Source: an archaeon
GTDB lineage: Archaea > SpSt-1190 > DYHY01
Assembly: GCA_043803745.1 (NCBI GenBank)
Contig: JAZDJS010000051.1
Span: forward strand, 1 to 35,143
Direction of reading: 5' to 3'
Length of the DNA stretch: 35,143 nt
A program made the position numbers and the translations under genes. Position 1 is the first letter of the stretch. Each line of letters starts with the position of its first letter. Under the pieces are notes generated by a model. That model made no database searches and was not told the DNA's origin. It worked only from the letters and a program-made list of their open reading frames with translations. This document shows, in pieces, positions 1 to 9,586 of the stretch.

Positions 1-2823
1 GCGGACAACATGAACGTCGTCCAGATAATAGTCGACAACACCGCGCCAACTGCGGGAACGGTCTCAGTCCCCGCATACAACTCCTCGACCTGGATTCTCG
101 CGACAATAACCAACGGAACCGATGCGCTGAGCGGGGTTGCGAACACAACCCTCTGGTCCAACCGGACAACCCTTTCCTCGGGCTCCTGCACAGGCGCGCA
201 GACAATCACAAGCGTTGCGACAAGCCCTGGCTCGCCATACAACCACTCCGGCCTTTCAACCAACTATTGCTACGGATACATCCTCACTACAACCGACTTC
301 GCGGGAAGCTCAGCGAACTCCACCCAGGTTTACACGAAAATCGACACGACCGCCCCGACGGCAGCAAGCGTCCCCTCCTGCCCGAGCGGAGATTCCGACG
401 GGAGCTATTCCGTCACCTGGGGCTCCGGCTCGGACACCGGTTCCGGAGTTGCATCGAACAACCTTTACGTCCGCGCATATTCAACCCTTTCCGGCGATTC
501 CTGTTCGGGAGCCGGGAGCTGGACCTGGGTTTCCTCGACAACGGGCGCGCAAGCGGAATCGGGAAAAGCAGCCGGATGCCACGAATACCTGATCCAGACG
601 ATAAACAACGCTGCGCTTGACACAAACACGACAACCTGCATAACGAAGGTTGACTCGACCGCACCGACAAAGGGCACCGTCACAGGTTCTTCCTACAGCG
701 GCTCAACTTCCGCAAGCTTGACAATAACGAACGGAACCGACGGGAACACTTCGATTGCAAGCACAACGCTCCTCCGCGCAAACGCAACACTTTCAGGGGA
801 TTCCTGCGGCGCCTATGGCGCCAATCAGACAAACGCGACAAACCCGGGCAGTCCCCACACCCAGAACGGGCTGACAACGGCCAAATGCTACAAATACTGG
901 CTCAACACAACGAACGCAGCCGGCCTCTCGAACATCTCGGACGAATATGTCCTCAAGGTTGACTCGACCGCCCCGACCGGCGCGAGCCTTACGACCCAGA
1001 CCGGCTACATCACAGGCAGGACGCTCGCTTTCACAGTGAACAACGGGACGGATTCGGAGACAGCCGTAACAACCGCGCGGCTTTGGTATGCGTTCACAGC
1101 CCTCTCGGGCGGGTCCTGCGGCGGTTACGGCAGCTACACCGCTTCTGCCGCCGCCCTTAACGCAACAAGTTACATCGTTTCCGGGGCTGACAACTCGTGC
1201 TTCAAATTCCATCTCCAATCAATAAATTCAGCCGGCCTGGACGCGAACACGACGGATACTGCTGAAATAAAGATTGACGCAACGCCGCCGGCAACGACGA
1301 TAACGTCCCCTTCCGAAAGCGACACGATAAGCTCCGACTATTTCCACATAACCGGAACGGCTTCGGATGCAGGCTCAGGGGTTGCCCGGGTCTGGGTGAG
1401 CTATAACGGCGGGTCAACCTGGGCCCTTTCCGGTGAAACCACCGCCTGGGATTATGACAGCCCGGATGGAGTCGTCCCGAAGGGCTCGGCGACAATACTT
1501 GCGATGGCAGAGGACAACGCGGGGAACAACGGGAGCCTTTCAGTAAACCCCGACTTTGAGACATTCGCCTCGAGCGTTCCGGACGACGGAGGCAACGACA
1601 GCATCACAAGCTGGACCAGCATTTCCGCGGGAGCATTCAGGGGAATAGTCACCGACAAGGTAAAAGGCAATTACGCAATGAAATTCGGGAACCTGGCAAC
1701 GACAGCGGTCGCATATCCAAGCTACACCGATCTCGGGCATTCGGGCGCATCAAAGACATTCTATCTCGGCTTCTATGCAAAGGCAACTTCCGCAATCGCC
1801 GTCAGCTCAATTGGGGTTTATTGCAACGCTTCAGGAGGCGGCAACTACCCTTTCTACCTTTCCTCCAAATCATTCACAACATCCTATTCCCAATTCAGCG
1901 GGACAAGGACCGTCAACGCCTCCTGCGACACCGGAATAAGGCCGATCCTGAGGGCTCCGGCTGCAGGCAACGCATCATATGACAACATAATCCTCCTCGA
2001 GGGCGTCAACGTTACCGGGTCCGGAAGGACTCCGCAGGCTGATGCAAGCAACTTCACCATAAACGGCGGCTCGAACGTTTCGAACGCGCTTTCCTTCGCA
2101 GCGAACCTCACAGTCTACGACCAGGATGGCGGGGCTGATCTCAACTGCGACGGGACAATCGCGAAATGCAACATCACCTGCTGGTCGAACGACGTTTCGA
2201 ACGAGGGCGGCGCATACAATTGGGACCTGATTAACGCAACCCTCGTCAACATCACGCCCGCTTCCGGGAATTTCATAAACATCTCGGCGAACATCCAGCC
2301 CCACCAGTATTCCTATTCAGGCGTCTGGACATGCAAGGCATATTTCACTGACAGCGCGAACAAGATAAACACCACGAGCAGGACGGCCAATTTCAGCATT
2401 GCGCCGGGAGAGCCGACAACCTTCGGAGGCTGCGGCTTCTCAGGGAACCCGGGAGCCGTCAACAGCTCCGGAAGTTGCTCCGGAGGGGCTGTGCACACTA
2501 ATGCGACAATCTCAAGCCCGGTTCCGCAGGTCCTCTGGATTAAGGCAAGCCGGCTCAACTGGACGACCCTGCCCGAGCCCGGGACCACCTTCAAGATAGA
2601 GAACCTCACTTTCGGGGTTTCGGTCTGCCCGCAGGCAATGAAAATCAACTCAACATGGCAGAAGCTTTCGGCAACGCCAGTTGAAAGGGGAACCTATCCG
2701 AAACCCGGCAACTTTTCGATTTATCCCTGCCTTTCCGTCCCGCAGAACCTCCCCGCAGGAACATATTACGCGAACTTCTCGATAAGGGCGCGGCTTCCGA
2801 CCGACCCGCCGCCATCAGACTAG
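1..2823 (+). CDS. Large secreted surface glycoprotein, probably 5'-truncated: tandem ~103-aa Ig/FnIII-like repeats, CBM-like domain, DxxG-x-x-D domain and WxL-like C-terminus
   Basis: Frame is open from base 1. D-x-T-[AP]-P linkers at nt 34, 343, 652, 961 and 1276. Paired Cys per repeat and many N-x-S/T sequons. NPDFE...YDNIIL segment resembles a CBM4/9-like beta-sandwich. C-terminus reads LSVPQNLPAGTYYANFSI. Confidence 0.85.
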   Translation, partial: ADNMNVVQIIVDNTAPTAGTVSVPAYNSSTWILATITNGTDALSGVANTTLWSNRTTLSSGSCTGAQTITSVATSPGSPYNHSGLSTNYCYGYILTTTDFAGSSANSTQVYTKIDTTAPTAASVPSCPSGDSDGSYSVTWGSGSDTGSGVASNNLYVRAYSTLSGDSCSGAGSWTWVSSTTGAQAESGKAAGCHEYLIQTINNAALDTNTTTCITKVDSTAPTKGTVTGSSYSGSTSASLTITNGTDGNTSIASTTLLRANATLSGDSCGAYGANQTNATNPGSPHTQNGLTTAKCYKYWLNTTNAAGLSNISDEYVLKVDSTAPTGASLTTQTGYITGRTLAFTVNNGTDSETAVTTARLWYAFTALSGGSCGGYGSYTASAAALNATSYIVSGADNSCFKFHLQSINSAGLDANTTDTAEIKIDATPPATTITSPSESDTISSDYFHITGTASDAGSGVARVWVSYNGGSTWALSGETTAWDYDSPDGVVPKGSATILAMAEDNAGNNGSLSVNPDFETFASSVPDDGGNDSITSWTSISAGAFRGIVTDKVKGNYAMKFGNLATTAVAYPSYTDLGHSGASKTFYLGFYAKATSAIAVSSIGVYCNASGGGNYPFYLSSKSFTTSYSQFSGTRTVNASCDTGIRPILRAPAAGNASYDNIILLEGVNVTGSGRTPQADASNFTINGGSNVSNALSFAANLTVYDQDGGADLNCDGTIAKCNITCWSNDVSNEGGAYNWDLINATLVNITPASGNFINISANIQPHQYSYSGVWTCKAYFTDSANKINTTSRTANFSIAPGEPTTFGGCGFSGNPGAVNSSGSCSGGAVHTNATISSPVPQVLWIKASRLNWTTLPEPGTTFKIENLTFGVSVCPQAMKINSTWQKLSATPVERGTYPKPGNFSIYPCLSVPQNLPAGTYYANFSIRARLPTDPPPSD

Positions 2824-2841
2824 TAGTTAGTAGAGGAGGAA

Positions 2842-3417
2842 ATGAAAATGGAAATGAAAAAAGGAAACGGACGAAGCCCGCCCTGTGCTGCCTTCGTGCT
2901 CGCAACAGTTCTTATGCTGATTGTGATTTCCCCGGCATTCCCAAGCTCAAGCATCTCCCCCTACAGGGGGAGCTTCAACGTGACGATAGGCAAGCCCTTT
3001 GAGATACCGATGGTTGTTGCGAACTTGGGGGATTCGGAGGACCAGTTCACCTTCACGGTTTCCGGGACCGGAGCGCAATACTCAACGCTCCCCTCGGTTT
3101 CAGCGCCGATTCCCGCGAAAAGCTACAAGGATCTGACGCTCTTCGTTCTGCTCCCTAAAAGCGCTAACGAGAGCGAGTATTTCGTCGAGGTTGTCGCGAA
3201 ACGGGCGGGGGCTTTTTCGAGTTCCGGCGGGAGCGCCGGCGGCGTCGGGATTGAAACGAGCGTAAGCGCGGTTTACCGGCTTTTTCCAGCCAAGGTAGCG
3301 GCACCTGCTAAAACGGGGTTTCTCTTCTTCGGTCAAATCAGCCCGTTCCTCGTAATAATACTCCTTGCCGTTGTGACGGGGCTTGTTGTCGCGCTCCTGT
3401 TGCTTAAACGGGTGTGA
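2842..3417 (+). CDS. Secreted Ig-like domain protein with C-terminal membrane anchor (DUF916/PapD-like by inference)
   Basis: GAGGAGG upstream of ATG. Signal peptide ends ISPAFP. Motif ISP...VANLGD...F. C-terminal TM helix followed by KR. Confidence 0.8.
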   Translation: MKMEMKKGNGRSPPCAAFVLATVLMLIVISPAFPSSSISPYRGSFNVTIGKPFEIPMVVANLGDSEDQFTFTVSGTGAQYSTLPSVSAPIPAKSYKDLTLFVLLPKSANESEYFVEVVAKRAGAFSSSGGSAGGVGIETSVSAVYRLFPAKVAAPAKTGFLFFGQISPFLVIILLAVVTGLVVALLLLKRV

Positions 3418-3434
3418 CTGGGGCACGGCATAAA

Positions 3435-3449
3435 GAAACTTTTTTATAC
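3435..3449 (+). promoter_or_regulatory. BRE/TATA promoter
   Basis: GAAAC-TTTTTTATA about 25 nt upstream of ATG 3474. Confidence 0.6.
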
Positions 3450-3473
3450 TGGACTGGGCGAAATGACTCCGAA

Positions 3474-5999
3474 ATGGTTAGGAATACGCCCAGATTCGGA
3501 TATTTCGTGCTTTTTGCCCTTTTTGCCACACTTGTGATAGTCCCGGCTTTTTCAGATGTCGGAGCGAACGTTACCGTAGCGAATCTCCCTCCATATACAC
3601 CGACCTGCACGGGCGGCGCGACAATCTACGTCCACGGGACAACACATCCTCCAAGCTATGCGTTCACAAGGGGCGGCGACGACAACGCCGATACTGTTGT
3701 GACAATCGTGAACGCATCCGCGACAACGAACTGCCGCGGCGGCAGCTTTTTGACGAATGCGAACGAGACCTCATTCCAGACAAGGGGAACTTCGACCAAC
3801 CTCAACGCGATAACAACCTCACCCACAATGGGTTCTGTTTCCTACGCATATACCAGCTGCACCGACACCGGAAGCAACTGCACAAAGAACTACTACTACT
3901 GCCTTTACACCCAGGACAGCTCAAGCCAGTCAAACTCCCTGAACGGAACCCCCTGCAACTTCACTGCGAACCTCTACAACTCGCGCCCGGGAAACCCCTC
4001 AACATTCCAGTGGAGCGAAGCGAATCCGGCGAAATCAACAAATCCGACCGCAACATTCACGGCAGGGACCGACGTTGATTCCGGGGATTCCTTAACCCAA
4101 TACCAATGCATAAGCACGACTTCCGGGCATACCTGCAACGTAATTGCTGCCACGAGCGCAAGCCCCGTCACAATCACCGGCGCGGGTCTTTACGGCCCTG
4201 GAACGAACAGCAACAACACAACGCATTCCCAGACCAAATACTGGTTCAGGCTCTACACAAGGGACAACCAGGGCGCCGTCAACAGCTATTCGAACTATTC
4301 AGTTGCAGCGTATGACGGCACGTTCAACATAACGAACACAAGGCCGACATCGACAACCTCGACGAACAACTATACCTCCGCGCCGGGAGTGCCTGTCGGC
4401 GGAAAGGTCAGGTTCACAATCCAGTATGCCGACGTCGACACCGAGGACACGGGTTCCGGAACGGTCAGGATTTGCCCGAGCAATTCGATTACCGGACAAG
4501 CCTGCACGTCAACGGAACTCTGCAGCACGACCGGCGCACCGGCAACCCCGCTCACCTGCGACTATACTACGACCTCTTCCGACGGCTCATCAAGGGCAGT
4601 CTATGCATATGCGTGGGATTCGCGCGGCCTGCCGTACAGCACGGGAGTTTCAACGACCTTCTACGTCGACCAGTCAGTCACGATGAGCAACATCCAGTTC
4701 GGCAAGGCAGGGACATTCGGAACCTTCGAGAACGGGAATTCAATCAACTGCTCGGCAAACATCTCCGCTGCTGACGGCGTTGTGAAGGGGGTCCGCTTCA
4801 CAATCTACGGGCCGGGTTATACTGCAGCAAACTACAACTACCTTTCAGCCAACGTTTCGGCGAACTGCACAAGCGATTCATGGACAGCGGGAAAAACCTG
4901 CTGGGCTGCTTTCGCACTTGCCTCAAGCGGGACTGACGGGAACTCCCACTCCTGCGCGCACAACAAGGGAACCTGGAATTGCGTAGTCAACGCGACCAAC
5001 TCGGCGGACCAGAACAAGACCGCGACCCCCGATCCCGAGACAATGATAAACACTGCTGTCGACATATCCGGCGGACTTTCGCCCTGGACAGGGGACACCA
5101 CAATCACCTTGGTTACGACAAGCGGCCTCTGGACCCAAACGACAAAGGGAATGAACGCGACATATTCCGACACCAACGGCTACAACGACGTCAATGCGAC
5201 GACCTGCGCATCCAACGTATGCAAGGTTTACTGCAGGAACCCGGGCACAGTCGACAACTCGACCGCCGTCAACATCTTCTGGAACTATTCACTCCATAAT
5301 TTCACAACGGGCGACGGGGATAACTTCAACGGCCAAAGCGGCTGCCAGTACGGCGGCGACGGGACAAGGACGGCCGGAATGATCCCGACTTTCGAGGCTG
5401 CCTCAACAAACGGAAGCTGGTCCTGCTACATGAGACTGCAGGATGACGGGACAGGCTATGACTGGACAAGCTCGGGAACGACATTCACGGTCGGCGAGAA
5501 CCCTGCGTGGGCTTTCGATGATTCGGGCGACGATGGCACGCCAATGAACAACCTTTTCTTCGTTCTCTCCGGAAGCCCGGGGGAAAGAAAAACCGCATTA
5601 ATCCCAGATTCCAGCGGCGAATATGTCGTTTATTCAAGGACCTCGAACAGCTATGCTAACGTCAGATACAGCGGACCGAACTTCACGAGGGGCACTGATG
5701 GGACGCACACAATAGGAATCGGAAATTTCACTTTCGGAGCCTCCACCGCAGCAACGATTGACTGCTCAAGCGGAAGCTACAACTCAAGCTGCAGGGCGCC
5801 CCACGAAAGCTCCCTCCGCCTCGTCTGGGGAGCCAACAACACGCTCCTTGACCCGATTGCGAACTATCCCGCGGGAGTAAAGAGATATGGCGACGGAGCC
5901 CTTTTAATCCCGGTGGGAACCCTGACAGGAAGCTACAACTCGACGTTCTCATACGACTATTGCCTTTCAAGCAGCGGGACGTGCATCGACCAGGGCTGA
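3474..5999 (+). CDS. Large secreted Cys/Thr/Ser-rich surface glycoprotein with WxL-like C-terminus
   Basis: Start moved to ATG 3474 behind the TATA box. Signal peptide ends IVPAFS. Beta-rich modules, SDTNGYND and GxWxC motifs. C-terminus reads LLIPVGTLTGSYNSTFSY. No TM anchor. Confidence 0.85.
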   Translation: MVRNTPRFGYFVLFALFATLVIVPAFSDVGANVTVANLPPYTPTCTGGATIYVHGTTHPPSYAFTRGGDDNADTVVTIVNASATTNCRGGSFLTNANETSFQTRGTSTNLNAITTSPTMGSVSYAYTSCTDTGSNCTKNYYYCLYTQDSSSQSNSLNGTPCNFTANLYNSRPGNPSTFQWSEANPAKSTNPTATFTAGTDVDSGDSLTQYQCISTTSGHTCNVIAATSASPVTITGAGLYGPGTNSNNTTHSQTKYWFRLYTRDNQGAVNSYSNYSVAAYDGTFNITNTRPTSTTSTNNYTSAPGVPVGGKVRFTIQYADVDTEDTGSGTVRICPSNSITGQACTSTELCSTTGAPATPLTCDYTTTSSDGSSRAVYAYAWDSRGLPYSTGVSTTFYVDQSVTMSNIQFGKAGTFGTFENGNSINCSANISAADGVVKGVRFTIYGPGYTAANYNYLSANVSANCTSDSWTAGKTCWAAFALASSGTDGNSHSCAHNKGTWNCVVNATNSADQNKTATPDPETMINTAVDISGGLSPWTGDTTITLVTTSGLWTQTTKGMNATYSDTNGYNDVNATTCASNVCKVYCRNPGTVDNSTAVNIFWNYSLHNFTTGDGDNFNGQSGCQYGGDGTRTAGMIPTFEAASTNGSWSCYMRLQDDGTGYDWTSSGTTFTVGENPAWAFDDSGDDGTPMNNLFFVLSGSPGERKTALIPDSSGEYVVYSRTSNSYANVRYSGPNFTRGTDGTHTIGIGNFTFGASTAATIDCSSGSYNSSCRAPHESSLRLVWGANNTLLDPIANYPAGVKRYGDGALLIPVGTLTGSYNSTFSYDYCLSSSGTCIDQG

Positions 6000-6020
6000 G
6001 ATATTGAAAAAAGAATATAA

Positions 6021-6722
6021 ATGAGGGAAAACGAAATGATGATGAAAAAGCACGAAATGGGAATGAGAAAAGCGGCTGTTCTTGCGGCGATTTTCCTCGC
6101 AGCAATCCTCATCCCCTCTTTTGCGGGAATGGGAATGAGCCCCGCCTCGGGAACATACAATTTCACGAAGCAGGGCGGAACAATACAGATTGTAGTTTCG
6201 AATCCCAACGATTACGAGCGGGAGTTCGCGATAACAATGGACAACCTCCCGATAACGGACGGGAACAGGTATATCTCGAAATTCACGCCAGCCGACAAGA
6301 TAACAATCAAGGCGAAGGATTTCAAGGTCTTCTACATGCACGTAACCCCGGACGAGAGCGTTGAGTATGGAAGAAGGTATCTCGTCGGGATTAAGGTCAA
6401 GGATTCCGGGCGCCTCGGGCCAACTGGCGTTTCCGAGGGAATCGGAGTTTCCGGACTGGAAAGCGTTTCAGCGGGCTTTTACATCTATTTCGAGAACAAG
6501 GGGACAACGGTCGGCTACGGGGGCTTCGAGGAGGAATCCACGAGAAGGCTCCAGGAGAGGATGAACACAAAGCCGAACTACCTCCCTTTAGTTCTTGCAA
6601 TAATTCTTGTTGCGCTCATGCTGGGGCTCCTCATCTTCTTCATTGCGAAGAAGAGAAAGGAAGCGGCAGAGGGCGGAGATGATGAAATCGTCGTTTCCCC
6701 CCAGGGAAAGGGGCCGGGCTGA
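6021..6722 (+). CDS. Secreted Ig-like domain protein with C-terminal membrane anchor (paralogue of 2842-3417)
   Basis: Signal peptide ends LIPSFA. Motif MSPASGTYNF...IVVSNP. TM helix followed by KKRK. True start may be a later Met. Confidence 0.8.
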   Translation: MRENEMMMKKHEMGMRKAAVLAAIFLAAILIPSFAGMGMSPASGTYNFTKQGGTIQIVVSNPNDYEREFAITMDNLPITDGNRYISKFTPADKITIKAKDFKVFYMHVTPDESVEYGRRYLVGIKVKDSGRLGPTGVSEGIGVSGLESVSAGFYIYFENKGTTVGYGGFEEESTRRLQERMNTKPNYLPLVLAIILVALMLGLLIFFIAKKRKEAAEGGDDEIVVSPQGKGPG

Positions 6723-6729
6723 GAGTTTT

Positions 6730-7701
6730 GTGGGAAAAGCGGGCGGCTCTGCGAAAGGAGCGGACGCCCCCTTTCTTTTGTTTTTCAGCTTTCTTCTTCT
6801 TTTTCTTCTTTTTATTGTCCTCGTAATCTCCCCGGCTTTCTCCGGGGAGGAAAGCAGCGCGCCACCAGCGGGAGGCGTCTTCAACGTCCCGCCCAAGATA
6901 GTCGAGATAACCGCCACTTCCTCGTCAGCCGGAATGGAAACAACATTCTCGGTAACCGTTTTCGATGGCAACGGGGGCGGCGACGTCTGCGGGAAAAGCG
7001 CGTGCAACGTAAGCTGCGCATTTGCCGAGATTTTCTCGGTCCAGCAGGGAGGGCGGGAGGAGCTTTCCTGCGCGGGGGCGGCATGCAAAGTGTTCGGGCA
7101 GTTCGTTGCAAAGGATTATTCCCCCGAATGGGAGCCGAAGACCTCCCGCCTTTCAGCGAAAATCCCCTTTGGCAGGGATGCCAAAAGCGGAAGATGGAGC
7201 TGCAGCATTGCCGTTTCCGATGCAACCGGGGCTTGGGACGAGCGAAGCTATTCAATTTACCTCCGCCCGGAATCGGACGTTTCTCGGCTCGTTGCCAGCT
7301 ACCAGAACGCTTTCTTCTCCCTGATACTCCCTGTTGTGACGTGCTTCGTTCTCGCGCTCCAGCTCCTGCGGCTTGCGGTCCGCGGGCTTTCCAGGGTCAA
7401 CTGGAACGAGGAGAGGGAGAAATTCATACAGGCGAAGGCGCACCTCGATTTCCTGCAGAAGACGATTTCATCGGAGCTTAGCGAGCGCGCGGCAACGAAG
7501 GGAAAAGGGCTTTTTTTCGCGGCCCGGGAGCTTTTCTCGAAGGGCGACTATCCAGGGACGATGTGGATTGCGAAATCGGCGCTCTCCGAGCTCGGAGCTG
7601 ACTACGGAAGGGTCCACCTTCCGAGGCGGCTGCTTTCGCGGGGGGAAAAAGCCGAGCTTTTCATCGGCGCTCTCCGGAAGCAGATTTTCGCCCGGAAATG
7701 A
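6730..7701 (+). CDS. Membrane protein with an extracellular domain shared with the two large surface proteins, one TM helix and a cytoplasmic helical tail
   Basis: Signal peptide ends ISPAFS. Motifs VTVFDGNGGGD..C...C...C and SGRWSC. TM helix FFSLILPVVTCFVLAL. Start is uncertain (GTG 6730 or ATG 6679). Confidence 0.7.
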   Translation: MGKAGGSAKGADAPFLLFFSFLLLFLLFIVLVISPAFSGEESSAPPAGGVFNVPPKIVEITATSSSAGMETTFSVTVFDGNGGGDVCGKSACNVSCAFAEIFSVQQGGREELSCAGAACKVFGQFVAKDYSPEWEPKTSRLSAKIPFGRDAKSGRWSCSIAVSDATGAWDERSYSIYLRPESDVSRLVASYQNAFFSLILPVVTCFVLALQLLRLAVRGLSRVNWNEEREKFIQAKAHLDFLQKTISSELSERAATKGKGLFFAARELFSKGDYPGTMWIAKSALSELGADYGRVHLPRRLLSRGEKAELFIGALRKQIFARK

Positions 7702-7721
7702 ACCCTGCGCCCGGTTTTGCC

Positions 7722-7735
7722 GAAAACTTTTATAA
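7722..7735 (+). promoter_or_regulatory. BRE/TATA promoter
   Basis: GAAAAC-TTTTATAA about 25 nt upstream of ATG 7760. Confidence 0.6.
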
Positions 7736-7759
7736 TATGGCAGGGCAATTAACCGCAAA

Positions 7760-8323
7760 ATGGCCTACAACAACAGAAAGACAATCGGGATAATTTCGGC
7801 ATTCTTCTTGGCGTTCGCTTTCCTCGCGGTTATGCCCGGCTTCGCGGCATCCGGAATATCGGTTTCCCCCTCAACCGGAAACTATGACATAAGGCGCGGC
7901 GGCGGGAATGTGGATTTCCTCGTGACTAATTTCGGGGATTCCTCCGAGGTTTTCCAGTTCAGCATCTACGGGGACGCGGCCGCATATTCTTCGGTAAGCC
8001 CGGCTTCCCAAACAATCGGACCGATGGAAACCAAGAAGTTCACCGTAACCTTCACTCCGGCAAACGCGCAGTACAACAAGAAATACCTCCTTTCGACACT
8101 CGCGAGTTCGACGTCAACGCGGGCGACCGGGCAGCTCGGGATATATTTCAAGAACGAGGCGGGGGCAAGCAACTATGTCGTTTCCAAAATCCCGACATTG
8201 AGCGTTTCCGGAACGGCGGGACAGCCGAGCCTGGCGACCAAGCTTTTCACAATTTTCGCAGCAGCCCTTTTGATAGGACTCGGCTATTACCTGATAAAAA
8301 CGAAGGGTCCCTGGAAGGAATAA
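7760..8323 (+). CDS. Secreted Ig-like domain protein with C-terminal membrane anchor (third paralogue)
   Basis: Signal peptide ends VMPGFA. Motif VSPSTGNYDI...VTNFGDSSE.FQF. C-terminal TM helix followed by Lys residues. Confidence 0.8.
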   Translation: MAYNNRKTIGIISAFFLAFAFLAVMPGFAASGISVSPSTGNYDIRRGGGNVDFLVTNFGDSSEVFQFSIYGDAAAYSSVSPASQTIGPMETKKFTVTFTPANAQYNKKYLLSTLASSTSTRATGQLGIYFKNEAGASNYVVSKIPTLSVSGTAGQPSLATKLFTIFAAALLIGLGYYLIKTKGPWKE

Positions 8324-8347
8324 AGCAAATTTCCCGGAATCCCCAGT

Positions 8348-8806
8348 TCAATTTCCCGGAATGTAGAATTCCTTCGCCAGATAGTTGCGGATGAGCTTCG
8401 CGCTTGGGGGGAAAAGCGGCGCCGGCAAGTCAGCGAGGGAGAACCAGCGCCATTCAATTATTTCCTCCGGCTCCGCAACAATTGGCTCCCCGGAAAACCC
8501 CTCGCACAAAAGGCCGATTGTCACGAAATGGATGCCTTCCGCCCTGTCGCAGTTAACGCAAATCACCTTGAGCTTGCCTACCCGGATTCCGGTTTCCTCA
8601 AGAACTTCGCGCGCCGCCCCCTGCTCGAAGGTTTCCCCAAAATCGAGTTTTCCCCCGGGAAGGGTCCAGGTGCCCGCCCCCTTAAGAAGGCTCGTTGCCT
8701 TTTTCGGGTCTGGATTCCTCCTGCCAAGAAGGGCTTTTCCGTCCTTGTTGAGAACAAGCACGCCAACCCCAACCCCGACCTTCTGCTTTTTTCCTTCTTC
8801 ATCCAT
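8348..8806 (-). CDS. NUDIX hydrolase
   Basis: Nudix box GGKLDFGETFEQGAAREVLEETG. ATG 8806 preferred over TTG 8815. Confidence 0.9.
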   Translation of the reverse strand: MDEEGKKQKVGVGVGVLVLNKDGKALLGRRNPDPKKATSLLKGAGTWTLPGGKLDFGETFEQGAAREVLEETGIRVGKLKVICVNCDRAEGIHFVTIGLLCEGFSGEPIVAEPEEIIEWRWFSLADLPAPLFPPSAKLIRNYLAKEFYIPGN

Positions 8807-8811
8807 TGAAT

Positions 8812-9582
8812 TCAAACCCCTATCAGCAGGCTAAAAGTGTTCCGGAGCGCTGGCCCGAGGCCGACAATGAAAAGGGCAGCCTGCAGAGCCTTCCGCTCGG
8901 TTCCGGAAAACCGGATCCTTTCCGAAGCAAGGACAAGGGCGAGAATGCCAATTATCTTCACGAGATAGAAAAGCGAGGGGCTGCCAATTGAAATCAGGAA
9001 GCGCGCGAGAACGTGCTCCTCGAGATAGCCGAAAAACCTCACCGCAACGAATGTCGAGCTTCCGTCGAAAATGTGCGCGAGAAGGATCAGCCTCCCGGCG
9101 GGCGAGATTTCAAGCCGTAGGAACTTCGTTACTGGGCCGAGTACAAGCGCGCTTGAGATGAGCGAGAAGCCCAAGACGAGCGCAAGCCCCCAGAAATTGC
9201 TTGACCTTGCAAGAGCGAACACAAGAGCGGGAGCCGCGAGAATCCAGCCAACCAAGGAAACCTTCCGCCCGATAAAGCGCTCAAGCCCAAGGAAAATGAG
9301 GAAGATGAGAATCCAGAGCCCCGGGGTTATCAGGAGAAGCTTCAGCGGCCATTGGCAGGGGAGGAAGCAGCCGTCCTCAAGGCTGCGGACCGCGGAGCCG
9401 AAAAGGACGAACGGCAGGGCGTCCGAGAAAATCTCCAAAGTTTTCCGCCTTTTCAGGTAGCCGGTCCTCATGAGGAGGAGGACTGCCGCAACAAGGAATG
9501 CCGCAATCAGGATTGTCGTGAAAACGTTGTAGCCGGTGCCGTCCCTCATCGGGGCAATAAGGTTGTCTGAGAGGAATCCCAT
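8812..9582 (-). CDS. DUF63 family archaeal membrane protein
   Basis: GYN..T, HIFDGSST, GY.EEHVL and GLGPALRN motifs; multiple TM helices. Confidence 0.8.
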   Translation of the reverse strand: MGFLSDNLIAPMRDGTGYNVFTTILIAAFLVAAVLLLMRTGYLKRRKTLEIFSDALPFVLFGSAVRSLEDGCFLPCQWPLKLLLITPGLWILIFLIFLGLERFIGRKVSLVGWILAAPALVFALARSSNFWGLALVLGFSLISSALVLGPVTKFLRLEISPAGRLILLAHIFDGSSTFVAVRFFGYLEEHVLARFLISIGSPSLFYLVKIIGILALVLASERIRFSGTERKALQAALFIVGLGPALRNTFSLLIGV

Positions 9583-9586
9583 GACC

